Shown: positions 26,258 through 35,631, counted from the first letter of the stretch. The stretch: DNA of 64,000 bases from an uncultured Muribaculaceae bacterium (GCA_964018905.1 CAXHRO010000004.1:28950-92949), one strand, 5' to 3'. The notes: generated by a model from the sequence alone, not told the origin. Program-made: numbers and translations.

Positions 26258-26291
26258 AAAAAAAATGGCGAGCTTTCAACAAGCCGCCATT
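26258..26291 (-). terminator. Rho-independent terminator ending the minus-strand cluster
   Basis: On the minus strand, stem AATGGCG / CGCCATT is followed by a run of T. The plus strand shows an A run at 26258-26265. Confidence 0.65.
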
Positions 26292-26331
26292 ATATTACAA
26301 TAATGTGTCACATGTAATCAGCAAGACCTTG

Positions 26332-27156
26332 CTACAAAGATCTTCGGTCAAACGCGTCTATAAAGCTACCCGAGGTGGCATTATATATATGTATCCCCTT
26401 AGATCGCGCCCACCCGGCAATTTCATGATAAGCCTTGAATGCAACATGGTAACTCAGAAACAGACTATGCAACGGCACACCGGCATACACAGCCTTTATA
26501 CGCTCCAGTTCATGACTGTTGTCGGCATAATAATGCGGCAGATTGGTGATCACCCTATTGTTATCATCCACACTCAGATTCATGGTCCAGGAGTGGTCGG
26601 CACCCACAAGGTAAATTTCATGATATCCCAGCCATACACCCAACATTATTGAAGGTATCAGCACATTACGCGGGCGAGGCATTCCAAGTTTACGATTGAA
26701 CGCAAAACGCGAGAGCCACCACCAGCCCTCAACACCGACAGCATTATAACGCACGACCCTTACACTCCCGCCACCGATCATCCTCTCCATCCTACCGGCC
26801 TCACCAGGCACGAACAGAGTCATCGGCCAGTCAACCCTCTTAAGAGCCGACAACATACGCGACACATTGGTATCATCCGTCGCATTATAGAAATGAGGAT
26901 CGGCGATCGTGTAATAACGAGGTTTGACTTCAAAGAATTCGGGAGTGTTTGCCGCAAAGTTCACCGCCATACAGTCGCTGCTCATCAAAACAGGCATGTC
27001 ATGGTCCACCACCTGCCTCAACGACGGTCCGTTACCCATGATTACAAGACGTCTCAGGCCTGCTTCAGCCACACGATCTATATCGACATGTCGCGACTGT
27101 AGCAAAATCTTGGCTATGCTTACAAGCGAATCGGTAAATTTAGAGGCTTGACTCAT
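26332..27156 (-). CDS. DUF115 / MptE-like protein with resemblance to GT42 (CstII-type) glycosyltransferases
   Basis: N-terminal VIMGNGPSL motif, central GYHEIYLVGADHSW, and YYADNSHE. These resemble GNGPSL, GYKEIYLSGIDFY and NDNSHY of CstII as I recall it. Overlaps the upstream SDR gene by 17 nt. Confidence 0.45.
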   Translation of the reverse strand: MSQASKFTDSLVSIAKILLQSRHVDIDRVAEAGLRRLVIMGNGPSLRQVVDHDMPVLMSSDCMAVNFAANTPEFFEVKPRYYTIADPHFYNATDDTNVSRMLSALKRVDWPMTLFVPGEAGRMERMIGGGSVRVVRYNAVGVEGWWWLSRFAFNRKLGMPRPRNVLIPSIMLGVWLGYHEIYLVGADHSWTMNLSVDDNNRVITNLPHYYADNSHELERIKAVYAGVPLHSLFLSYHVAFKAYHEIAGWARSKGIHIYNATSGSFIDAFDRRSL

Positions 27157-28078
27157 CGTATTTATGATTGCATAGGTAATAGGTGACAGCCTCAGGCTTC
27201 ACACCAGTATGCTCAAATATGGCATGACTGTCAAATGTAAACGATTCCATCTCCTTTTCAAGCGCCCCGGTTGTAAACATCGTGACCGGGACATAATCAC
27301 CTATTTTGGCAAGCAGACGGGCCTTTGACAGCGATACCGTATATATACGCTTATGATCCAGGCGCCATGCAAGAGCCTCGGCAAGATCATGTCGCGAAGG
27401 CTCATAGCCGTCGGTCACATTATATATGCCTCCGTCCCGGAGATACATAAGCACTGCCACCACATCGGCCAGCGTGGATGCATGCACAACACTCACCCGT
27501 GCATCGTTCCCCGATACATGACGATATGTTCCACGGTAGATGCGATTTACAAGCCGTCGCAATACACCCTGCATCCCTGTACCCACTACCATAGCCGGCC
27601 TCAGGATATACAGCACGGTCCCGGCCTCGTCACACCATCCTCGCAGGTAAGTCTCGACAGCAAGTTTTGCCCGTCCATAAGATGTGTCAGGAACTGCCGG
27701 TGTCCCTTCATCAGCATACTCAACAGGCCGGCTTCCATATACGGCCACACTCGAGATATAGATAAAGACATCGGGACGGGAGTCACTCGGCAACGATGCC
27801 GTAAGGTTTCTAACACGCGCCATCGCAACATCCTCATCAAGCCCGGCTGAATCCATATCGGTACCGTCACAATGAACAACAACCTGCATAACCGCAGGCA
27901 TGACAATCGGCTTCACTGCGATATCGGCCCTTATGCCGGCCGAATCTCCGGTCCCGAGCATCCATACACGCGATTGCCCCGACTGTCCGTCGGCTCCAAT
28001 TCTATCGGCTATGGCCCGATACAGATATTTGGCCAGAAAATCATCGCCCCCCGATATCAATACATCCTTAATATGCAT
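27140..28078 (-). CDS. NAD-dependent epimerase/dehydratase (extended SDR) family protein with an atypical glycine motif
   Basis: SDR fold with the catalytic YxxxK (SYGRAKLAVE). The N-terminal motif reads VLISGGDDFLAKYL instead of TGGAGFIGSHL. Confidence 0.65.
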   Translation of the reverse strand: MHIKDVLISGGDDFLAKYLYRAIADRIGADGQSGQSRVWMLGTGDSAGIRADIAVKPIVMPAVMQVVVHCDGTDMDSAGLDEDVAMARVRNLTASLPSDSRPDVFIYISSVAVYGSRPVEYADEGTPAVPDTSYGRAKLAVETYLRGWCDEAGTVLYILRPAMVVGTGMQGVLRRLVNRIYRGTYRHVSGNDARVSVVHASTLADVVAVLMYLRDGGIYNVTDGYEPSRHDLAEALAWRLDHKRIYTVSLSKARLLAKIGDYVPVTMFTTGALEKEMESFTFDSHAIFEHTGVKPEAVTYYLCNHKYDESSL

Positions 28079-28084
28079 ATCACA

Positions 28085-28822
28085 TCATTTAATCAAATCA
28101 TTCCTCACACATCCTTCAACACGCCTTGATAGACGATCAAAGTCACGCGTTGACATAAAGCGGCCTATAGCCTCTACATGCCTCATGCCATGAAGGTCGG
28201 TCCCCAGAAAGTCGACAAGGCCATTGTCAAGCATCCAATATGCCATCTGCCTGATATCTTTACCATAATAACCTGCAAAACTTAGCAGATTACACTGCAT
28301 GAACACACCCGACCGGTGCAATTTCATATATCGTTGAGGCAATGAATGGTAATAGACATAGCGCTCGGGGTGAGCCAGGACCGGCCGATACCCCTTTACA
28401 GTAAGATCAAACAGCAGTTCGTCAACATTCCATGGCTCGACATTGAAAGAATTCTCCACCAGCAGATATCCTCCGGGCAAAGATCTCACACACCCTTCGC
28501 CGAGACACTTCACAAAGAAACTGTCCATACGGTATTCTCCCGACGGCGGCAACAGTTCGATACCGATACCGGATTCACGGGCACCGGCCACCAGCGACCC
28601 GAATGCAGGATCGATGGTGGCCGGGATATTTTCAAACGTATCCTCTGTTACATGGGGGGTCATGACTATGCACCTGATCCCCCATTCTTCCATATGCCGT
28701 AACAGCACTACCGACTTATCGACATCGGGCGACCCGTCATCTACTCCGGGTATCAGGTGACAATGGATATCGGTAGCGAATGGAAGAACTTTCTGCTTCG
28801 GTTTACTGAACCAGTGAAACAT
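28085..28822 (-). CDS. PHP-family protein-tyrosine phosphatase (CpsB/CapC/YwqE type)
   Basis: DIHCHLIPGVDDGSPD N-terminal motif, internal MTPHV, and a C-terminal GTDLHG histidine cluster. 245 aa. Confidence 0.85.
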   Translation of the reverse strand: MFHWFSKPKQKVLPFATDIHCHLIPGVDDGSPDVDKSVVLLRHMEEWGIRCIVMTPHVTEDTFENIPATIDPAFGSLVAGARESGIGIELLPPSGEYRMDSFFVKCLGEGCVRSLPGGYLLVENSFNVEPWNVDELLFDLTVKGYRPVLAHPERYVYYHSLPQRYMKLHRSGVFMQCNLLSFAGYYGKDIRQMAYWMLDNGLVDFLGTDLHGMRHVEAIGRFMSTRDFDRLSRRVEGCVRNDLIK

Positions 28823-28855
28823 GCGTCAACGTTGTTTTGTCTGACAGCCGCGTCT

Positions 28856-29752
28856 TCAGTTCGATCCTGATTCTTTGGGAGGCAGAATAAACAGCATGGC
28901 CGATACACGATACGTTCCGGTCACAACCTTCTCGTTAGTCTCCTTATCCTCCTTTGTAATAGTACAGGTAAACTGCAGAGACTGCTGGCCACCCCATGTT
29001 CCCGACATCTTCAGATCGGTGATTTTGTAATCGGGATAGGGAGTATCTCCTATCTTGGGTATAATCTCGCTGGCGTTGGCCGAATAATTATATTGGTTAA
29101 GAGTGAATGGAACCTCCTCAAATTTCATATTCAGAGCAGGCATTCCCTCGGCAAACTTGGCACTGAAAGCTCCTATAGTAGCCTTCTTTGTATCGGGGAA
29201 GAACTGTATGCCGTAGAACGATGACTGGTCACTGTTGACAAAGGTCTTGCCGTCCTGATCGACAACTGTGGTTGTACCCCAGTAGTAGGCCGGGCTGTAT
29301 ATGGCACGCACCGAGTATTCGCCATCGAGATCAAAGCTAAGATTTACCATCGGGAATGCCTGAGTCCCCATATAACGGCTGTAATACTCATAATTAAGAT
29401 TCGTTACCGTATGTGTCATGCCTGCGTATGCCATGGTATAGGAAGGCACACGCACCACCATTGCTCCCTGATCATTGAATGTATAGCGCTGATTCTCTAT
29501 CTTCAACGTCTGCAAGGTGTTGTTAGGCATCTTAAGGCCTATGATCTCAATAGACAAGGTGCCGTTGTCAATATCGTTATACATTTTGTAGCCCACACCC
29601 GAGCTAAGCACGCTGCTGCCGGTGGCATTCTCCACGACATAGGTCTGTATATATGGAGTAAACTCCTGGGTTATCGTATTGGATGAACTACCCAGGCAGG
29701 AACTGAGTCCCAGCACCACTATAGCCGATAATAAAAGTCTGAAAAGTTTCAT
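28856..29752 (-). CDS. Hypothetical lipoprotein
   Basis: Signal peptide with lipobox (VVLGLSSC). 298 aa with beta-rich, aromatic/Thr/Asn composition. Downstream of the TonB-dependent receptor. No family recognised. Confidence 0.55.
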   Translation of the reverse strand: MKLFRLLLSAIVVLGLSSCLGSSSNTITQEFTPYIQTYVVENATGSSVLSSGVGYKMYNDIDNGTLSIEIIGLKMPNNTLQTLKIENQRYTFNDQGAMVVRVPSYTMAYAGMTHTVTNLNYEYYSRYMGTQAFPMVNLSFDLDGEYSVRAIYSPAYYWGTTTVVDQDGKTFVNSDQSSFYGIQFFPDTKKATIGAFSAKFAEGMPALNMKFEEVPFTLNQYNYSANASEIIPKIGDTPYPDYKITDLKMSGTWGGQQSLQFTCTITKEDKETNEKVVTGTYRVSAMLFILPPKESGSN

Positions 29753-29888
29753 TGATTGAGGTTAAAATAAATTGTTTATAAAATTCTGGTTATGCAGGCA
29801 TTGAAAAAAGATATTCCTTACAATAATGGTATCATGTCTTATAACGTCGTCCATATTCCAAATATTACCGGATTATAATTAAAAAACG

Positions 29889-32153
29889 TCAAAGGGTATC
29901 GATATCCATCACAAGAGATACACCAACGGTCAATGGAGCTCCGCGCTGTATAAACTCATTGCCAATCGACTTGAAATAGAATGTCGAGTATTTTACCCGG
30001 TTAAGATTCTCACCCCAGACCCTGAGCGTAAAGATCCCTGAAGTCGCCGAGGCCGACAGTTGAACCGGAGCATAAAACGGCTGCGAGGCAGTATTGTCCT
30101 CATTCCAGTATATACGCCCCACCCCTCTCACTCCGGCCACGATCTGGATGCGGTCGATGCGCCATGACGGTATCGCGCTTTCATATCTCAGCGATCCATG
30201 CATGGTATTGAGCGGTGCATATGGAACAAAACGGTGGCTATAGTCATGAATACCATCATTATAGTCGACAAAACGTGCAGAGGCATGCCCCCATGATGCA
30301 TTGAGAATCCAGTGGGACGACAGATGGTATTCGGCCGACAATTCCGCGCCAATGCTACGTGTACGTCCGGCATTGTCCATGATACGCCCGGTTGTTGTCC
30401 CGTCAGGAAAACGTGTAAGTTGCTGGTCGCGGCAATCGATATAAAATACCGAGGCATCGACTGTGAGCTTGCCGTCAAGCATCATAAGATGAGTTCCAAG
30501 CTCGTAGTTATAACTCTCCTCAGGCTTATATCCGATTATCTCGTTGGCATCATATTTCTCGGCCAGCCCCATGGTTGCCATCAACTTCTGTTGCAGGAAA
30601 TCACTAAACATCTGGGTATTGAACCCGCCAGGTTTATAGCCTTTTGAAAATGAAGCATAGACATTGCCTTCCACACCGCCCGAGAGGCCATACATCGCAG
30701 TAAATTTAGGCAATAGCTCCACATATGTATGAGACAACCGGCCTGTCTCGTCAAGATCCACCACACGGTTGCTGTAGACCGGCAATGGCGAGACCGAAGG
30801 ATCCCGGCGGTCATACTCGGTATAACTCGTACGGGTATAACTGTGGAAATCAAGACCGGGCCGCTCTATCTCAAGACGCAGTGCACCGGTGAGCGTAAAA
30901 CGGCCCAGCCTGAATGTACTGCTATGATACAATCCTATTCCACGTGTGGGATGGGAAAAATCACTGTTCAACACAAACGATGGCTCATCCCATTTTATCG
31001 GATAAGACGGATTCATCTCATTGCGATGGCTCTCGATGAGTTCGGAAATACCCTCTGACAGGAATGTTACCGGAGCCCGCATCGTTGTATGTCGGGTAAA
31101 ACCGAAAAGCCCGGCAAGCCAACTATAACGGCGCCCCCGATGATTTACTATGAGATCCTGGGTTACAGAGGTCTCACGCCTGCGCTGGGTGAGATTGAAA
31201 TAACTTGCCGGTAGAAAATCCTGGTCAAGTGTCATATTGTCGTCAATATGCTGTACCGAGGTTGCCGAAGTGACCGACCAGGCACCACGCCGCCACGCGA
31301 CAGTCAATCCGTCGATCCACGAACTGCGACGATAGAAACAGGTATCATTATAAGCTATCACTCCGGTATTCAGCGACTCATAAGGATAACCGCTTTGACT
31401 ATTATGATAAAAACGGCCTGTATTCTCTACCCTCCACTCTCCGGCAGGACGCCATGCGACCTTGTACCATGCGCTCCATTGACGTTCGCTCCCCACCCGG
31501 CACCCGTTGTATGCATTATGGTAATAGCCGTCTCCACCGGCCACAGTCACACCGGCCGCCACACCTACATCGTTTCCGGCTTTATGATATACTCCGGCCG
31601 AAGCCCTGTAGTTGCCGTAAGAGCCACCCTCGACCTTAATTCTGACTCCAGAGTATTGCAACGGAGACAATGTGGTGATATTGATCAGGCCACACATTGT
31701 ATTCCGGCCATACATCGTACTTTGCGGACCGCGTATCATATCAACCCTAACAATATCGTCAAGATCAAAGTCATAGTTATCCTTGTTGAGGATCGGAATA
31801 TTGTCGACAGTCAGCCCCACGGCCGGCTGGTCAATGCGGGCACCGATACCACGCACATATATCGAAGATGTGATTCGCGATCCATATCGCGGCATATAGA
31901 AGTTAGGAACCATGTCACTCACCTGATGCATGTTCACTATACCGCGGCGGGCTATATCCTGAGCGCCTATAACTGTAGACGACAACGGCTTGCCTCGCAG
32001 TCGCGAGCCTATTTTGACCGCCGACACCGACACCTGAGGCAACGACACCACCGTATCGGCATGCTCCGACACCGACACCATGGCCCCGCCATCGCCTCGT
32101 GCAACCACAGCACATCCCGACAGCATAACGATATATACCAGTAATCGCTTCAC
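29889..32153 (-). CDS. TonB-dependent receptor (non-SusC, siderophore/metal-type size)
   Basis: Plug-domain motifs (IVRVDMIRGPQSTMYGRNTMCGLINI) and a long beta-barrel with alternating aromatic pattern. GTG at 32153 (MKRLLVYIVMLSGCAVVA) is preferred over the TTG at 32168 because a -7 box overlaps the latter. Confidence 0.85.
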   Translation of the reverse strand: MKRLLVYIVMLSGCAVVARGDGGAMVSVSEHADTVVSLPQVSVSAVKIGSRLRGKPLSSTVIGAQDIARRGIVNMHQVSDMVPNFYMPRYGSRITSSIYVRGIGARIDQPAVGLTVDNIPILNKDNYDFDLDDIVRVDMIRGPQSTMYGRNTMCGLINITTLSPLQYSGVRIKVEGGSYGNYRASAGVYHKAGNDVGVAAGVTVAGGDGYYHNAYNGCRVGSERQWSAWYKVAWRPAGEWRVENTGRFYHNSQSGYPYESLNTGVIAYNDTCFYRRSSWIDGLTVAWRRGAWSVTSATSVQHIDDNMTLDQDFLPASYFNLTQRRRETSVTQDLIVNHRGRRYSWLAGLFGFTRHTTMRAPVTFLSEGISELIESHRNEMNPSYPIKWDEPSFVLNSDFSHPTRGIGLYHSSTFRLGRFTLTGALRLEIERPGLDFHSYTRTSYTEYDRRDPSVSPLPVYSNRVVDLDETGRLSHTYVELLPKFTAMYGLSGGVEGNVYASFSKGYKPGGFNTQMFSDFLQQKLMATMGLAEKYDANEIIGYKPEESYNYELGTHLMMLDGKLTVDASVFYIDCRDQQLTRFPDGTTTGRIMDNAGRTRSIGAELSAEYHLSSHWILNASWGHASARFVDYNDGIHDYSHRFVPYAPLNTMHGSLRYESAIPSWRIDRIQIVAGVRGVGRIYWNEDNTASQPFYAPVQLSASATSGIFTLRVWGENLNRVKYSTFYFKSIGNEFIQRGAPLTVGVSLVMDIDTL

Positions 32154-32157
32154 GACA

Positions 32158-32165
32158 CAAAGATA
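32158..32165 (-). promoter_or_regulatory. -7 promoter box TATCTTTG (minus strand) just upstream of the receptor gene
   Basis: The reverse complement of CAAAGATA. It lies only 4 nt from the GTG at 32153. Confidence 0.35.
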
Positions 32166-32481
32166 CAAACTTTTTTACCATCCGGCACTATCCGACCATA
32201 CATTTCATCCATAACAACCAACTTTCCAATATACGATTATATGAACAAATCGCCATGAATTTAAGTTTTTTAAGTAAAAAAGAAATGTTTTATTGTCATG
32301 AGTGTGAAATTTTAGCTAATTTTGTAGCCACCAATCAGATTGTACAGCTACCGACTCCGACAGTAGAGAACATCGCAACATTAGAATTATTGATTTATAA
32401 CGTTAATTGTTAACCATTCTCATAAGAAAACAATTCAATTGATTAATTGACCTAACCCATTTTTCAGCACACTTTGCCATC

Positions 32482-34053
32482 ATGGAAACAAATGACAAGA
32501 AACCCAGGCGCCCACGCATAACCGTGAGCCGCAATGCCGACGACAGCGATGCCGCCTCGCATGACACCTCGAGATTTGAACGCGTAAACTATAACCGCCA
32601 GCCCACCGACGACAACACCGGTGACAGTGAGAACGGACAGAAGTCTACCTACCAGCCTCGCCCATACAACAACCGTCAGCCCGGTGGATACAACAACCGA
32701 TACAACCAGCAGGGAGGCGGATACAATCGCCAGCCCGGAGGGTATAACCGTCAAGGAGGTTACAACAACCGATATAACCAGCATGGCGGTTACAATAACC
32801 GATACAACAACTACAACCGGCCCGACTACAACCAGGCCGATGCCAACAATACAGACAGCCATCAGAACGAGGGGATCGAAACCGTCCGGCAACATGAAGG
32901 AGAGTACCAGCCTCGCCCGTACAATAACCGCCAGCAGGGCGGCTATAACAACCGTCAGCAAGGTGGATACAACAACCGTCAGCCCGGTGGCTATAACAAC
33001 CGCCAGCAAGGTGGGTACAACAACCGTCAGCAGGGCGGCTACAACAACCGCCAGCAAGGTGGATACAACAACCGTCAGCAAGGTGGCTACAACAACCAGG
33101 GTGGCTACAACAACCGTCAGCAAGGTGGTCATAACAACAACCAGGGCGGCTACAACAACCGTCAGCAAGGTGGCTACAGCAACCAGGGAGGCTACAACAA
33201 CCGTCAGCAAGGTGGCTATAACAACCAGGGAGGCTACAACCGTTACAACAATAACAACCAGGCCCCACGCCCAGGGAAAAGTTTCACACCCCGTCCCAAA
33301 CGCATCGAGTATGAAATGCCAATACCCGATCCCAACGAACAGATACGCCTTAACAAGTTCCTGGCCAATGCCGGACTCTGCTCGCGACGTGAAGCCGATG
33401 AATACATCCAGCAGGGACTCGTCAAGGTCAACGACCAGGTAGTCACCGAGCTTGGCACAAAGATATCCCACAACGACACCGTCGAGTATGGCGGCAAAGT
33501 AGTAGCCCTTGAGAGCAAATGCTATATACTGCTCAACAAGCCAAAGGACTGCGTGACCACCAGCGATGATCCCAACGGCCGACTCACGGTGATGGATCTC
33601 GTTAAAGGCGCATGCGAGGAGCGCATCTACCCTGTAGGCCGTCTCGACCGCAATACGACCGGAGTCTTGCTGCTCACCAACGACGGCGATCTCGCATCGA
33701 AACTGACACACCCCAAGTTTGTCAAGAAAAAGATATATCACGTGTGGTGTGACAAAGATATAAGCGAGGACGACATGCAGCGTATCGCCGACGGCATAGA
33801 GCTTGAGGACGGACCAATCCATGCCGATGCCATCAGCTATGCTACCGAGACCGACCGTAACCAGGCCGGCATAGAAATTCACTCGGGCCGCAACCGTATC
33901 GTACGTCGCATCTTCGAGAGTCTCGGCTATCACGTGACAAAGCTTGACCGTGTATACTTTGCAGGACTCACCAAGAAAAATCTGCCTCGCGGACGCTGGC
34001 GCTACCTCACACAGGAGGAAGTCAACTTCCTGCGCATGGGTTCATTTGAATAA
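32482..34053 (+). CDS. rluB: RluB/RsuA-family 23S rRNA pseudouridine synthase with a long N-terminal G/Y/N/Q/R repeat domain
   Basis: C-terminal half: S4 domain (IRLNKFLANAGLCSRREADEYIQQGLVKVN) and catalytic motif YPVGRLDRNTTGVLLLTNDG. The N-terminal 270 aa or so is low-complexity. Confidence 0.85.
   Translation: METNDKKPRRPRITVSRNADDSDAASHDTSRFERVNYNRQPTDDNTGDSENGQKSTYQPRPYNNRQPGGYNNRYNQQGGGYNRQPGGYNRQGGYNNRYNQHGGYNNRYNNYNRPDYNQADANNTDSHQNEGIETVRQHEGEYQPRPYNNRQQGGYNNRQQGGYNNRQPGGYNNRQQGGYNNRQQGGYNNRQQGGYNNRQQGGYNNQGGYNNRQQGGHNNNQGGYNNRQQGGYSNQGGYNNRQQGGYNNQGGYNRYNNNNQAPRPGKSFTPRPKRIEYEMPIPDPNEQIRLNKFLANAGLCSRREADEYIQQGLVKVNDQVVTELGTKISHNDTVEYGGKVVALESKCYILLNKPKDCVTTSDDPNGRLTVMDLVKGACEERIYPVGRLDRNTTGVLLLTNDGDLASKLTHPKFVKKKIYHVWCDKDISEDDMQRIADGIELEDGPIHADAISYATETDRNQAGIEIHSGRNRIVRRIFESLGYHVTKLDRVYFAGLTKKNLPRGRWRYLTQEEVNFLRMGSFE
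32932..33240 (+). repeat. In-frame tandem array of about 13 units of 18-24 nt encoding (RQQ)GGYNN
   Basis: Units of the form CAGCARGGNGGNTAYAACAACCGY are read directly from the sequence. Third-codon positions differ between units. Confidence 0.85.
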
Positions 34054-34098
34054 TTAACCCTTACAGTCTGTTTAAACAATATCAAGACATTTACAATA

Positions 34099-35490
34099 AT
34101 GAAAAGAACCAAAATTGTCGACATATATGCCGGAGTCCAGCCTGTAGGCTCGGAGGTAAACGTGATGGGATGGGTGCGCACACGCCGTGGGAACAAACAT
34201 GTACAGTTTGTAGCGCTGAACGATGGCTCCACGATCAAGAACCTCCAGATAGTTCTCGACATGGAACAATTCTCTGACGAACAGCTCAAACCCGTCACCA
34301 CCGGCTCGGCCATCCATATCGAGGGCACACTCGTAGAGTCGATGGGCAAAGGACAGAGCGTAGAGGTACAGGCAAAGAAACTCGAGATATTCGGCACGGC
34401 CGATCCCGATGAGTATCCGTTGCAGAAGAAAGGACACACCCTGGAATTCCTGCGCGAAAAAGCTCACCTGCGCCCCCGCACCAATACATTCGGTGCAATC
34501 CTGCGTGTGCGATCAGCCCTTGCGTTCGCCATACACCGATTCTTCCAGGAACGTGGATTCTTCTACCTCAACACCCCGCTTATCACAGCCAGCGACTGTG
34601 AGGGCGCGGGAGCGATGTTCCAGGTTACAACCCTGCCGCTAAACGACCTCCCCAAAACCGAAGACGGAGCTATCGACTACTCGGCCGACTTCTTTGGAAA
34701 ACAAGCCGCGCTGACCGTATCGGGCCAGCTCGAGGGAGAACTCGGAGCCACAGCATTGGGGGCGATCTATACATTCGGTCCGACATTCCGCGCCGAGAAC
34801 TCCAATACACCACGCCACCTGGCCGAGTTCTGGATGATCGAACCTGAGATGGCATTCTATGACATCGCTGACAACATGCAGCTCGCCGAGGACTTCGTCA
34901 AATACTGCATACGCTACGCTCTCGACAACTGCCGCGATGACATCGAGTTCCTGTCAACGATGTATGACAAGGAGCTCATAACCCGACTTGAATCGGTTCT
35001 ATCCGACAACTTCGTACGCCTCACCTACACCGAGGGTATCGAGATTCTTGAGAAGAGCGGTAAGAAATTCGAATTCCCGGTATACTGGGGAGCCGATCTG
35101 TCAAGCGAGCACGAGAGATTCCTGGTGGAAGAGCACTTCAAACGCCCGGTAATCCTAACCGACTACCCCAAGGAGATAAAGGCCTTCTATATGAAACAGA
35201 ACGAGGATGGCAAGACTGTAAGGGCCATGGACGTGCTATTCCCGCAGATAGGTGAGATAATCGGAGGCTCAGAGAGAGAGGAAAGTTATGAAAAACTCAT
35301 GACACGCATCGAGGAACTTGACATTCCCATGAAAGACATGTGGTGGTACCTTGACACACGTCGGTTCGGCACCGTGCCACACTCGGGCTTCGGACTGGGC
35401 TTCGAACGTCTTGTCCTATTCGTCACCGGCATGACCAACATACGCGACGTCATACCGTTCCCACGTACCCCCGGCAACGCCGAGTTCTAA
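34099..35490 (+). CDS. asnS: Asparagine--tRNA ligase
   Basis: N-terminal OB fold ([23 protein letters not shown]). Class II motifs [24 protein letters not shown] and GFGLGFERL. Confidence 0.9.
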   Translation: MKRTKIVDIYAGVQPVGSEVNVMGWVRTRRGNKHVQFVALNDGSTIKNLQIVLDMEQFSDEQLKPVTTGSAIHIEGTLVESMGKGQSVEVQAKKLEIFGTADPDEYPLQKKGHTLEFLREKAHLRPRTNTFGAILRVRSALAFAIHRFFQERGFFYLNTPLITASDCEGAGAMFQVTTLPLNDLPKTEDGAIDYSADFFGKQAALTVSGQLEGELGATALGAIYTFGPTFRAENSNTPRHLAEFWMIEPEMAFYDIADNMQLAEDFVKYCIRYALDNCRDDIEFLSTMYDKELITRLESVLSDNFVRLTYTEGIEILEKSGKKFEFPVYWGADLSSEHERFLVEEHFKRPVILTDYPKEIKAFYMKQNEDGKTVRAMDVLFPQIGEIIGGSEREESYEKLMTRIEELDIPMKDMWWYLDTRRFGTVPHSGFGLGFERLVLFVTGMTNIRDVIPFPRTPGNAEF

Positions 35491-35550
35491 GAGTATGTCT
35501 GAGTCTTGAAATTAAATAAAAACCAGACATATTTCAAAACATATTAAACG

Positions 35551-35598
35551 AAAACGGAGGATGCCATCTCACCTTGACTTGCGTATCCTCCGTTTTTT
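35551..35598 (+). terminator. Rho-independent terminator after asnS
   Basis: Stem AAAACGGAGGAT / ATCCTCCGTTTT running into a T6 tract. Confidence 0.7.
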
Positions 35599-35631
35599 AC
35601 CCCCCACACACAAAAAAAACGATAACAGCAA

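Noticed and set aside
31248-32144. 298-aa plus-strand ORF antisense to the TonB-dependent receptor (similar cases: 55203-55949 antisense to ispG, 58931-59749 antisense to korB, 21546-22073 antisense to ugd, 13052-13722 antisense to mrcA)
   Set aside because: Each is embedded in a confidently identified gene on the other strand. Each has an Arg/His/Cys-rich composition typical of antisense frames in GC-rich coding DNA.
32169-32481. Possible riboswitch (for example cobalamin) upstream of the TonB-dependent receptor, and upstream of metH
   Set aside because: The region is AT-rich without the GC-rich conserved stems or B12-box-like sequence I would expect. metH starts by ATGA overlap with tadA and has no leader at all.
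32932-33240. Tandem 18-24 nt repeats considered as a possible CRISPR or minisatellite array
   Set aside because: There are no unique spacers. The units are contiguous, in frame and inside a CDS, and no cas genes are present in the window.
32464-33933. 489-aa minus-strand ORF, plus ORFs 32621-33442 (+) and 32645-33268 (-), across the rluB repeat region
   Set aside because: These are mirror or alternate frames of the GGYNNRQQ tandem repeat. Their translations are monotonous V/T/A/L or C/G/H-rich low-complexity strings with no motifs. The + frame starting at 32482 continues into a bona fide S4 plus pseudouridine synthase domain.
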